Source: an uncultured Lachnospiraceae bacterium
GTDB taxonomy: Bacteria > Bacillota > Clostridia > Eubacteriales > Anaerofustaceae
Assembly (NCBI GenBank): GCA_964444065.1
Contig: CAYUFL010000001.1
Span: 15,015 to 79,014, forward strand
Length of the DNA stretch: 64,000 nt
Direction: 5' to 3'
A program made the translations under genes and the position numbers. Shown here piece after piece: positions 56,404 through 64,000 of the stretch; position 1 is the first letter of the stretch, and the number at the start of each line of letters is the position of its first letter. A model generated the notes under the pieces. That model did no database searches. It saw nothing but the letters and a program-made list of their open reading frames with translations, and had not been told where the DNA came from.

Positions 56404-58362
56404 TTAATACTTGGAATCATCACTGAAGTTCTGATTTTTCTTCTCTTTTTGCGGCTGATTGTTCGAAGTATGCACTTTTTCAACATAGTTTCCGTCACGC
56501 AGCGTGAACTGTTCCACCTGCTCGTTCAGCAGCTGCGCCTGTCCTGCAAGCTCTTCACTCGATGCCGCGCTTTCTTCCGCAACCGCCGAATTGGATTCAA
56601 CGACGGAAGATATCTGCATGATCCCCTCATTGATCTGACTGATACCGATCGACTGTTCATTGGAGGCGTTTGCGATATCTTCCACCAATGCCGCCACACG
56701 CTCAATCTGATCCACAATCTCGTTGAGTGCGGAGGATGTCGATTCCGCAATCTTGGAGCCTTCTTCCACCTTCGTGATCGAATCCTGAATCATATCTGTT
56801 GTTTCCTGCGCAGCTTTCGATGAGCGTGCCGCAAGATTTCTTACTTCTTCCGCTACCACCGCAAATCCTTTTCCGTGCTGTCCCGCGCGGGCTGCTTCCA
56901 CCGCTGCGTTCAATGCCAGGATATTGGTCTGGAACGCAATGTCCTCAATCACTTTGATGATTTTATAGATATTGTTTGATGAGGTATTGATATCTTCCAT
57001 TGCGCCGAGCATCTGCTGCATCTGCGCACTGCCTGCATCCGCATTCTGTTTGGTATGCACGGAAAGTTCGTTTGCCTGCCTCGCATTGTCTGCGTTCTGT
57101 TTTGTCTGTGCAGCAATTTCTTCGATGGATGCAGACAGTTCTTCGATGGAACTCGCCTGTTCCGTTGCACCCTGTGACAATGAAATACTTGAATCCGACA
57201 CTTGATGCGCGCCCGCAGAAACCTGCTCTGCAGCTGTTTTGATATTGCTCAGTGCCCGATCCAAACCGTTTGACATTTTGAGGAATGCTTTCGCCAGGCT
57301 CCCGATTTCGTCCTTGCGTTTGATCATTTCTTCCGAAATATCTGCAGTGAAATCACCTTCCGCCATTGTCAGTGCGTATCCCGCCGATATCTTGATCGGT
57401 TTGACGACGATATTTGCAATATAGTACGCTACACCGACACCAAGAACAACAGCGAATATTCCGACCAGAATCAAAATCTTTTCCAAAGCATAAATACTCG
57501 CAAAAACTTCCGTTTTCGGAGCACTGATCGCGAGCGACCAACTCGCATTCTGAAGCGGTGCGTATCCCATGAATTTTGTGTTGTTATCATAGGTATACTG
57601 CCCCACGCCACTTTCACCGTTTACCATTTTCTGTGTCAGCGCAATCAAGGATGCCTGTTCGGGATCTGTTGATGTCAATACATTTTCCTGTGCAATCACT
57701 TTTTCCGTATCCGGATGCGCAATGATAGTACCATCTTTACTGACAATATAGGCATAACCGGTTTCCCCGTATGTGATATCGATGATATCATTGCTCAGAG
57801 CGGTGGCATCTTTCACGGTACACAGCACGCCGATGATGCTTCCTGCAGCATTTTTGACAGGTACGGCGATGACCATAATCATTGAGCCGTCCACTTTACT
57901 GATGATCGGATCGGAAATAGATTCTTTCCCCTGTACCGCTTGTTGGAAATAGACTCTGTCCGCATAATTTGCCGTTGATCCGGCTGTGGAATACACGGTA
58001 TTTCCGCTTGCATCCAGTAAGAACATGGATATAGTATCCGTTACCGCCATATTGCTATTCGCCAATGCTGCGATCGTTGCGATATTCGGCTGCGCTGATT
58101 TGAATACGTCATTGCTCGCCAACACAGTTGCTTCCGTAAAGTATGTTTCGATCTTCTGATCCATACTCTGAGATGCTTCTTGCGAAAGCTTCGTCAGTGA
58201 ATCTTCAATCGCCCCCTGCAGCGATTTTTGCGAATATACATAAGAAAATAAGATCAATCCTCCTGCGCATATCACGATCATACTCGATAAAAACAATACC
58301 ATTTTGAATTTTAAACTCGTTCCTGCCGAGCGAACACTTCCGAATTCTTTTTTCTGTTTCAT
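56404..58362 (-). CDS. Methyl-accepting chemotaxis protein, copy 2 (tandem paralogue)
   Basis: ORF to 58452. ATG 58362 follows AGGAGG. 652 aa. Identical to copy 1 over most of its length. Confidence 0.9.
   Translation of the reverse strand: MKQKKEFGSVRSAGTSLKFKMVLFLSSMIVICAGGLILFSYVYSQKSLQGAIEDSLTKLSQEASQSMDQKIETYFTEATVLASNDVFKSAQPNIATIAALANSNMAVTDTISMFLLDASGNTVYSTAGSTANYADRVYFQQAVQGKESISDPIISKVDGSMIMVIAVPVKNAAGSIIGVLCTVKDATALSNDIIDITYGETGYAYIVSKDGTIIAHPDTEKVIAQENVLTSTDPEQASLIALTQKMVNGESGVGQYTYDNNTKFMGYAPLQNASWSLAISAPKTEVFASIYALEKILILVGIFAVVLGVGVAYYIANIVVKPIKISAGYALTMAEGDFTADISEEMIKRKDEIGSLAKAFLKMSNGLDRALSNIKTAAEQVSAGAHQVSDSSISLSQGATEQASSIEELSASIEEIAAQTKQNADNARQANELSVHTKQNADAGSAQMQQMLGAMEDINTSSNNIYKIIKVIEDIAFQTNILALNAAVEAARAGQHGKGFAVVAEEVRNLAARSSKAAQETTDMIQDSITKVEEGSKIAESTSSALNEIVDQIERVAALVEDIANASNEQSIGISQINEGIMQISSVVESNSAVAEESAASSEELAGQAQLLNEQVEQFTLRDGNYVEKVHTSNNQPQKEKKNQNFSDDSKY
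56543..57978. repeat. Direct repeat unit B (partner of 54315-55750)
   Basis: Same evidence as unit A. Confidence 0.85.
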
Positions 58363-58610
58363 TTTGCCTCCTGTTGGATCAGATACTGATACCATTGCAC
58401 TTCTGCGCATGCGATGCTCAAAGGGAAAGCATTGCATGCAGCTTGCAGTCAATATGCTTAATACTCTGATCGATTTCTCTGTAGCATATATTTCGACCGA
58501 AAGAACGAAAAACTTATATCAATAACTGAGAAAAAATAATATTTATGCAATAATTCCTATAAAAATTGAATCCTTCAATTTTATTGATAAAGCTTTTACA
58601 TAAGGCATAT

Positions 58611-58641
58611 GTCACATTGTATATATTATATACAATGTGAC
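58611..58641. repeat. 31-nt perfect palindrome in the MCP-2 upstream region
   Basis: GTCACATTGTATATA-T-TATATACAATGTGAC (15-nt arms), followed by a second inverted repeat CAATATGC-N6-GCATATTG (58641-58662). Confidence 0.9.
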
Positions 58642-58759
58642 AATATGCATATTCGCATATTGTAGTGCATAATTATTCATAATGTCCACAATGCCCCATC
58701 TGCCGCAGTGTCCTGTTCGTTTCAATGAAAGCGATTTGGGTATTTTCTGAAAACTCACA

Positions 58760-58789
58760 AAAAAAAAGAACCGAATATTTATTCGGTTC
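58760..58789 (-). terminator. Intrinsic terminator after cheB
   Basis: Stem GAACCGAAT / ATTCGGTTC followed on the minus strand by a T8-9 run. Confidence 0.75.
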
Positions 58790-58827
58790 TAACAACCCAT
58801 TCCTGCTTACGCTTAAGAAACTTTCCC

Positions 58828-59865
58828 TTACAAATTCAGACGGTGTATTACAACCGAAGCAATATTTTCCACTGCGACCTGCTCGGTCACTGCTCCGACA
58901 TTAAATGCAACCATCGGCATACCATAAACGACACACGTTTCTTTATCCTGACCGATGGTATATGCCCCTTTGCGGCGCATCTGCAATAATCCTTCCGCAC
59001 CGTCTTTGCCCATCCCTGTCATAATAATCCCGATCGCATTCTCTCCGGCTTTTTCGGCAACCGAATGGAACAGCACATCCACTGACGGACAATGTCCGCT
59101 GACTTTCTCACCCGGCACACATCGGATATAATATCCGCGACCGTCTTTTTCCAGTGTCATTTGCTTGTTCCCGGGCGCAATATACGCATGTCCTTTTTCG
59201 ACACGTTCGCCGTTTTCTGCTTCCGAAACCTTGATCGCACAGATTTTATCCAATCTCTGCGCATACATTTTTGTAAAATTCGGAGGCATATGCTGCGTTA
59301 CCAATATCCCCGGCACGTCAACAGGCAGGCGTTTCAAGACTTCAAGCGTCGCTTCTGTTCCTCCCGTAGAAGCCCCGATCGCAATGATGCGTTTATCGGA
59401 CATCACACCAGTGAGTTTCAGCGCACTTTCGGGAGAAAAATTGATTGGCGTGGGTTTTTTTACTTTTGCATGAGAAGCAATCCCGATTTTGTTCGTCAGT
59501 TCTCTGTAAAACTGATTCATGTCATTGTCAATTTTTGCATTCGGTTTTCGTACGAAATCGACTGCACCCGATGCCAACGCTTCAAATACGGTGATATTCA
59601 ACGAACTGACCAGTATAATCGGCAACGGATGAATTGGCATGATTTTCTTTACAAACTCGGTTCCGGATAATCCCGGCATTTCCACATCAAGCGTAACAAC
59701 ATCGGGAAGCAGTTCTTTGATTTTCTTTTCCGCTTCATATGCATTTCTTGCCTGACCGGCTACTTCAATATTGGGATTTTCAGTAAGTATCTTTTCTAAG
59801 GCGGTCCGAAAAAAAATCGAATCGTCTACAATCAGTACTCTTATTTTTTTGTCGGTCATACTCAA
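58828..59865 (-). CDS. cheB: Chemotaxis response-regulator protein-glutamate methylesterase
   Basis: 345 aa. Receiver domain (VLIVDDS...DVVTLDVEMP) plus methylesterase (GASTGG, HMPPNFT, GMGKDGA). Confidence 0.9.
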   Translation of the reverse strand: MSMTDKKIRVLIVDDSIFFRTALEKILTENPNIEVAGQARNAYEAEKKIKELLPDVVTLDVEMPGLSGTEFVKKIMPIHPLPIILVSSLNITVFEALASGAVDFVRKPNAKIDNDMNQFYRELTNKIGIASHAKVKKPTPINFSPESALKLTGVMSDKRIIAIGASTGGTEATLEVLKRLPVDVPGILVTQHMPPNFTKMYAQRLDKICAIKVSEAENGERVEKGHAYIAPGNKQMTLEKDGRGYYIRCVPGEKVSGHCPSVDVLFHSVAEKAGENAIGIIMTGMGKDGAEGLLQMRRKGAYTIGQDKETCVVYGMPMVAFNVGAVTEQVAVENIASVVIHRLNL

Positions 59866-60674
59866 ACCCTGCCTTTCTGGTAGATCGACGGTTGAATATA
59901 TTGAAATTTCGTTCTGCCGTGCTGAATAGATTCGGAGTGTCCGATAAACAGATAACCTCCCGGCTTCAGCGCATCATAAAATTTATTCACCAATTCTGTC
60001 TTTGTCTCCAAATCAAAGTATATCATAACATTTCTGCAAAAGATCAGATCATACGGTTTTTTATACTCCAATCGATCCATCAGATTAAACGTCCGAAATA
60101 CAACTTCGTCCGTCACTTCGCTGCTCAGCGTATAATTTCCCTTTTCACTGCGGATAAAATAACGGTTCAGCCATCCGCCCGGCAGATTTTTCAGTCCGTC
60201 TTCTTCGTACTTATTTGTTTTTGCGGCATTCAGTACAGCCGTCGAAATATCGGTCGCCAAGATTTTGTAATCCCACTTTGAACGCTCCATCCCGAAGAAC
60301 TCGTGCATCAGCATGATCGCAGTATATGCCTCTTCTCCCGAAGAGCATCCCGCACTCCAGATACGCATATCTTTTGCCGTGTTTTGCATTTTTTGCTGCG
60401 GCAGGAATACTTCTTTCATAAAATCAAAATGGGTCGGTTCTCTGTAAAAGTAGGTATGATTCGTTGTTAGTTTGTTGATTAACAACGAAATCTCGTCTTC
60501 GTCCTTTGATCGGATCAGATTGAAATAATCCGAAAAATTATTCATCCCTTTTTTCAGTAGAACAGAATGCATGCGGGATTCGATCAACTGCCTTTTTTTA
60601 CGCAGATCAATGCCATAGTTGTCTTTCATAAACGCTGTTATTTCAGCAAATTCCTGATCGCTCAGAGAAATCAT
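59862..60674 (-). CDS. cheR: Chemotaxis protein methyltransferase
   Basis: 270 aa. TTNHTYFYREPTHF and IWSAGCSSGEE SAM-binding motifs. 4-nt overlap with cheB. Confidence 0.9.
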   Translation of the reverse strand: MISLSDQEFAEITAFMKDNYGIDLRKKRQLIESRMHSVLLKKGMNNFSDYFNLIRSKDEDEISLLINKLTTNHTYFYREPTHFDFMKEVFLPQQKMQNTAKDMRIWSAGCSSGEEAYTAIMLMHEFFGMERSKWDYKILATDISTAVLNAAKTNKYEEDGLKNLPGGWLNRYFIRSEKGNYTLSSEVTDEVVFRTFNLMDRLEYKKPYDLIFCRNVMIYFDLETKTELVNKFYDALKPGGYLFIGHSESIQHGRTKFQYIQPSIYQKGRV

Positions 60675-60709
60675 ATTCTGCCTCCGTCATCAATTTTCAC
60701 CCTCTGTTC

Positions 60710-62764
60710 TCATGCCCCGAGCTGATGTAGTTTCGATACGTCCAATATCAGACTGATATTCCCCGTGCCAAGAATTGCACATCCTGTAATACCGGCATCT
60801 TTCACATTGAACTTGTTCAGATAAATAGGCAGTTGTTTCACAACGATCTGTTGTTCCCCAAGCAATGCATCCGCAAAAATACAGTAGCGTTTGGTTCCTG
60901 CATCGACTAAAATCAAAATACCTTCTTCAATATTCGTCACCTCCGTCGGCACACCGAAAATACTGTGCAGCGGCACGACCGAATAGTATTCATTTCGCAA
61001 CATAACAATTTCGCGCATATTCACATCGTGCGTGATATTGCTTGCATTTGCTTTAAATGCCTGTTGAATATTATTGATCGGTAAAGTGAATTCCGAATCT
61101 CCCACTTTCAGTTGCATGCCGGATATGATTGCAAGTGTGAGCGGTATTTTGAATGTAATGGTTGTCCCTTTGCCCAATTCGCTGTCTATCGTTGCGATTC
61201 CGCCAATTTTTTCCAGACTGTTTTTAACCACATCCATTCCGACTCCGCGACCGGAAAATTCTGTTACCGTATCTTTCGTGGAAAAACCGGGTTGGAAAAT
61301 AAACGAATATATTTCACGTTCCGTATACTCGCTTTCCGGTTTTTGCAGCATATCTCTGCTTTTCGCTTTCTCCATGATCTGCTTTGCATCGAGCCCTTTT
61401 CCGTCATCTGTGACAGAAATCAGTATTTCACCGCCGGCATTGCGCGCGGAAAGCGTCAAACTTCCCTTCTCGGTCTTTCCTGCCGCAAGACGGTCTTTTT
61501 TCTGTTCGATTCCATGATCCATCGCATTGCGAACCAAATGCATCAGCGGATCGGCGATATTGTCAACAATTGTTTTATCCAGTTCGGTTTGCTCTCCCAC
61601 AAGGATCAGATCCACATCCTTATCGAGTTGTTTGCTCATATCACGCACTATGCGGTTCATTTTCTGGAAAATTTCCGCCACCGGCACCATGCGCACCGAC
61701 ATCACGATCTCCTGCAGCTCATTCGTTAGTTTTCGCAGTTCCCTCGTTGTCTTTTCGTAGCTGTCTTTTTCTGCGTTTTCCGATTGCGTAATCGCTGTTA
61801 CCATTGATTCCGTAATGACGATTTCCCCAACCAAATCCATCAGTGTATCCAGCTTCTTCAGGTTCACATTGATCAAGCTTTGTTTGCAAGCCCCTGCTGC
61901 CGGATTGGATACATTGTTCTGAGCAGGGTTATCCGTTTTTTTCTTTTTTGTTTTGCTTTGTTTTTCCTCTTCTTCATGCACGTCGGCAACTATGGCATAA
62001 TCCTTTGTGTATAAAAACGTTTCAATTGCACGAACACCCATCTCGTAGTCTTTTTGTGAACTGAACGTAATAATGAGTCCGTTCTTTGCAATTTCTTCTC
62101 CGCTTTTTTTACTCTCGAGATCGGTCGGCTCATACGAAAAATCCAAACAGATATCAGCGATATTTTTTGTCAGCATAAATGCACGCAAATGTTCCATGTT
62201 TGAGTTGTCATCAAAAAAAACGCGCACAGAAACGCTCATCGCAATGATTTCTTCTTCGTCAGCTTCCTGTTCCGCACTGATTTCGCATGCCTCTTGCGCC
62301 GGATTCTGCAACGGCTGCGAATCAAGATCAGGTTGTGCACTGTCATCATCGGAATCACAAGCAGAAATTTTCTCCAGCATAGTCTTAATTTCTTCCGTTA
62401 AAAAGCCGATACTCTCAGTTAAGGGTTCATTGTTTTCGATGCGTGCAATTTCCGACTTCAAAAAGTCCGATGATTGAAACATCAAATCAAACAGCGGTGC
62501 TACATATTGATCATCGACTGTACCCATTTCACGCACGTAAGAAAAGAGATCTTCAATCTTGTGCGCCACATTTGTCAGGCTGTCAAATTCCATCATCGCA
62601 GAAGATCCTTTGATGGTGTGCATGATCCTGAAAATTTCATTGATGCTGTCTGCATCAAAATCACCGTGCTTTTCTCTCCCAAGCAGAATATCTTCCAGTT
62701 GAGTGAGCAGCATGTTGGTTTCGAACAAATACATATCGAGCATAGAGTCCATATTATTATCCAT
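60710..62764 (-). CDS. cheA: Chemotaxis histidine kinase CheA
   Basis: 684 aa. HPt (FRIMHTIKGSSAM), acidic linker, dimerisation/HATPase (HLVRNAMDHGIE, DDGKGLD, GRGVGMDVV) and a C-terminal CheW-like domain. Confidence 0.9.
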   Translation of the reverse strand: MDNNMDSMLDMYLFETNMLLTQLEDILLGREKHGDFDADSINEIFRIMHTIKGSSAMMEFDSLTNVAHKIEDLFSYVREMGTVDDQYVAPLFDLMFQSSDFLKSEIARIENNEPLTESIGFLTEEIKTMLEKISACDSDDDSAQPDLDSQPLQNPAQEACEISAEQEADEEEIIAMSVSVRVFFDDNSNMEHLRAFMLTKNIADICLDFSYEPTDLESKKSGEEIAKNGLIITFSSQKDYEMGVRAIETFLYTKDYAIVADVHEEEEKQSKTKKKKTDNPAQNNVSNPAAGACKQSLINVNLKKLDTLMDLVGEIVITESMVTAITQSENAEKDSYEKTTRELRKLTNELQEIVMSVRMVPVAEIFQKMNRIVRDMSKQLDKDVDLILVGEQTELDKTIVDNIADPLMHLVRNAMDHGIEQKKDRLAAGKTEKGSLTLSARNAGGEILISVTDDGKGLDAKQIMEKAKSRDMLQKPESEYTEREIYSFIFQPGFSTKDTVTEFSGRGVGMDVVKNSLEKIGGIATIDSELGKGTTITFKIPLTLAIISGMQLKVGDSEFTLPINNIQQAFKANASNITHDVNMREIVMLRNEYYSVVPLHSIFGVPTEVTNIEEGILILVDAGTKRYCIFADALLGEQQIVVKQLPIYLNKFNVKDAGITGCAILGTGNISLILDVSKLHQLGA

Positions 62765-62861
62765 AATCCTGATATCACCGCCTAAATTTCTGATATAATG
62801 TTTATATCGGACAAGAACGGATAAACTTTACTCCAAATTGAACATCTGAGGTAATTTTTAA

Positions 62862-64000
62862 ATGAGCGACAACCTTAAAATCACAACTCCGCTGCCGCCG
62901 AGCGATCCGGTAGGGAAAATCCGACCAAAAGATGTTACCGGACTGGTTCCGCAAATCGACCCCGGTAAAGTAACTTCAAAAGCGCAACAGTCAACGGATC
63001 AACAACAAACCACACCCGAATATCAGTTCAATCAACAATCGGTATATGAAAAGTTTCTCCAGCAATTTCAGCAGGGTGCCCAGCTGAGCAATACGCTTAA
63101 GAAACTTATTTTCGATGCGTTCCTACGACAGGATAATCCGATATCGGACGAGCGTATGGATATATTAATGAACACTGTTGCAACAAAATTGCAGCTCAGC
63201 ACACCGCAGCAGATTTACAAACAACTCCAATTCCTTCAGGACAATCACACCAAATTTTCCGGTAATTTTTTTGAGTTGCTCAGAGGATTATATACACAAA
63301 GCAAACAAAGCAACGACAAAGAATTTGCGAGCGCACTCGGTCAATTTCTAAAAGCATACGACCATCAAACAGCCGCAAAAAGCTCACTGAATGCGATCCT
63401 TCTGACTTGCGGCGACATGAGCGAATATATGCGAAAATCAGCATCGGATAAAATGCAGGCTTTCCTAACCCAACTCCAGCCGCTTGCCAACGAACCGCAA
63501 AAAGCGACCACTCTGCTCAAAGAGGAAGTGATGCCTTTTCTCAAAGAGTATATTAACAGTACGAACGACCTCGGCAAAGTTCGCGATATGATTGCTCTGG
63601 TTGTACACAATTTGTCCCGTCTGAATTCCGGAACCATGGAAAACGTGAATGATCGGTTTCAGACATTGCTTGATTGCTGCAGATTCAATCTAAGTCTGAG
63701 TACAACACAAATGAAGCAGCTTTCAGCAGAATACGAGAATCTGCTCAACGAGAACCTTCTCATCCAGAGCAAACAAAATTCTTACTTTGACAGTTTTACG
63801 CAGATGATCAAAAGCGGCATCAGCGACAATCCGTCTGCCGTCAGCCGTGCGATGTATCAAGATATCGCAAACGCACTGCTGATCGATCAAAGCACATTCA
63901 TGCCGCTGACGCATATTTTCCTCCCGATGAATTACAACGGCACATTTCTGTTTTCGGAACTGTGGATCGACCGACAACTCGATCAAAAAAACGAACATCA
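62862..64000 (+). CDS. Partial CDS (at least 379 codons, runs off the window), Gln-rich N-terminus, unknown function
   Basis: Not in the ORF track because there is no stop in the window. Manual translation from ATG 62862 (MSDNLKITTPLPPSDPVGKIRPKDV...) stays open to position 64000. GAGG lies about 10 nt upstream. Divergent from cheA. Confidence 0.6.
   Translation, partial: MSDNLKITTPLPPSDPVGKIRPKDVTGLVPQIDPGKVTSKAQQSTDQQQTTPEYQFNQQSVYEKFLQQFQQGAQLSNTLKKLIFDAFLRQDNPISDERMDILMNTVATKLQLSTPQQIYKQLQFLQDNHTKFSGNFFELLRGLYTQSKQSNDKEFASALGQFLKAYDHQTAAKSSLNAILLTCGDMSEYMRKSASDKMQAFLTQLQPLANEPQKATTLLKEEVMPFLKEYINSTNDLGKVRDMIALVVHNLSRLNSGTMENVNDRFQTLLDCCRFNLSLSTTQMKQLSAEYENLLNENLLIQSKQNSYFDSFTQMIKSGISDNPSAVSRAMYQDIANALLIDQSTFMPLTHIFLPMNYNGTFLFSELWIDRQLDQKNEH

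Overview
The window looks like a chromosomal segment from a Clostridia-type Firmicute, judging by gene content: nifI1/nifI2, a fused nifN-B and a split nifV. Almost all genes are on the minus strand.

Main blocks, in order:
- 0.8-4.1 kb: a four-gene AmmeMemoRadiSam-type operon (fused LigB/Memo-like+AMMECR1, radical SAM enzyme, nitroreductase, isochorismatase-like hydrolase).
- 4.9-8.2 kb: a VTC-domain / DUF4956 / carbohydrate-binding lipoprotein module. Both the VTC and DUF4956 genes carry a single in-frame TAG.
- 8.9-12.7 kb: an NCS2 permease, MarR and a MATE pump. An orphan consensus promoter and structured-RNA candidate lies between marR and the MATE gene.
- 12.8-16.6 kb: a cluster of glutamate-cysteine-ligase-like, GspS-like ATP-grasp and flippase-like membrane proteins.
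- 16.8-29.9 kb: housekeeping and accessory metabolism. This covers a GlpA-like/FAD oxidoreductase/DUF1667 trio, PepV, TetR plus a URO-D-like gene, two tandem LUD paralogues, cyclophilin, an SPT-like alpha-oxoamine synthase, a sugar transferase, an aldehyde dehydrogenase, and a Fur/PerR-like gene followed by an untracked 40-aa rubredoxin-like ORF.
- 30.07-34.1 kb: tRNA-Lys(UUU) next to a five-gene prophage remnant (tail-collar protein, small protein, holin-like protein, SH3b-M23 lysin, small TM/coiled-coil protein).
- 34.2-47.7 kb: a complete Mo-nitrogenase supercluster, nifH-nifI1-nifI2-nifD-nifK-nifE-nifN-B-fdx-nifV(omega)-nifV(alpha)-modA, followed by modBC.
- 47.98-49.6 kb: a translationally coupled AnfO-like gene and a MORN-repeat gene with a Cys-rich tail, immediately upstream of nifH.
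- 50-54 kb: rplY, an Ldh_2 oxidoreductase, an SRAP peptidase and a SARP/BTAD regulator with a degenerate GGDEF-like end.
- 54.2-62.8 kb: two tandem MCP genes sharing an apparently identical ~1.43 kb core, then cheB-cheR-cheA.
- 62862 to the window end: a partial + strand CDS that is missing from the ORF track.

The most unusual items are:
- the nifH leader (perfect consensus promoter, long AT-rich leader, terminator-like hairpin) and the AnfO-like/MORN pair;
- the twin amber codons in the VTC and DUF4956 genes;
- the orphan structured transcript antisense to the MATE gene;
- a possible -1 frameshift joining the holin-like gene to the M23 lysin;
- the homogenised MCP duplication.

All functional calls come from motif and family recognition by eye. 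No database search was possible.
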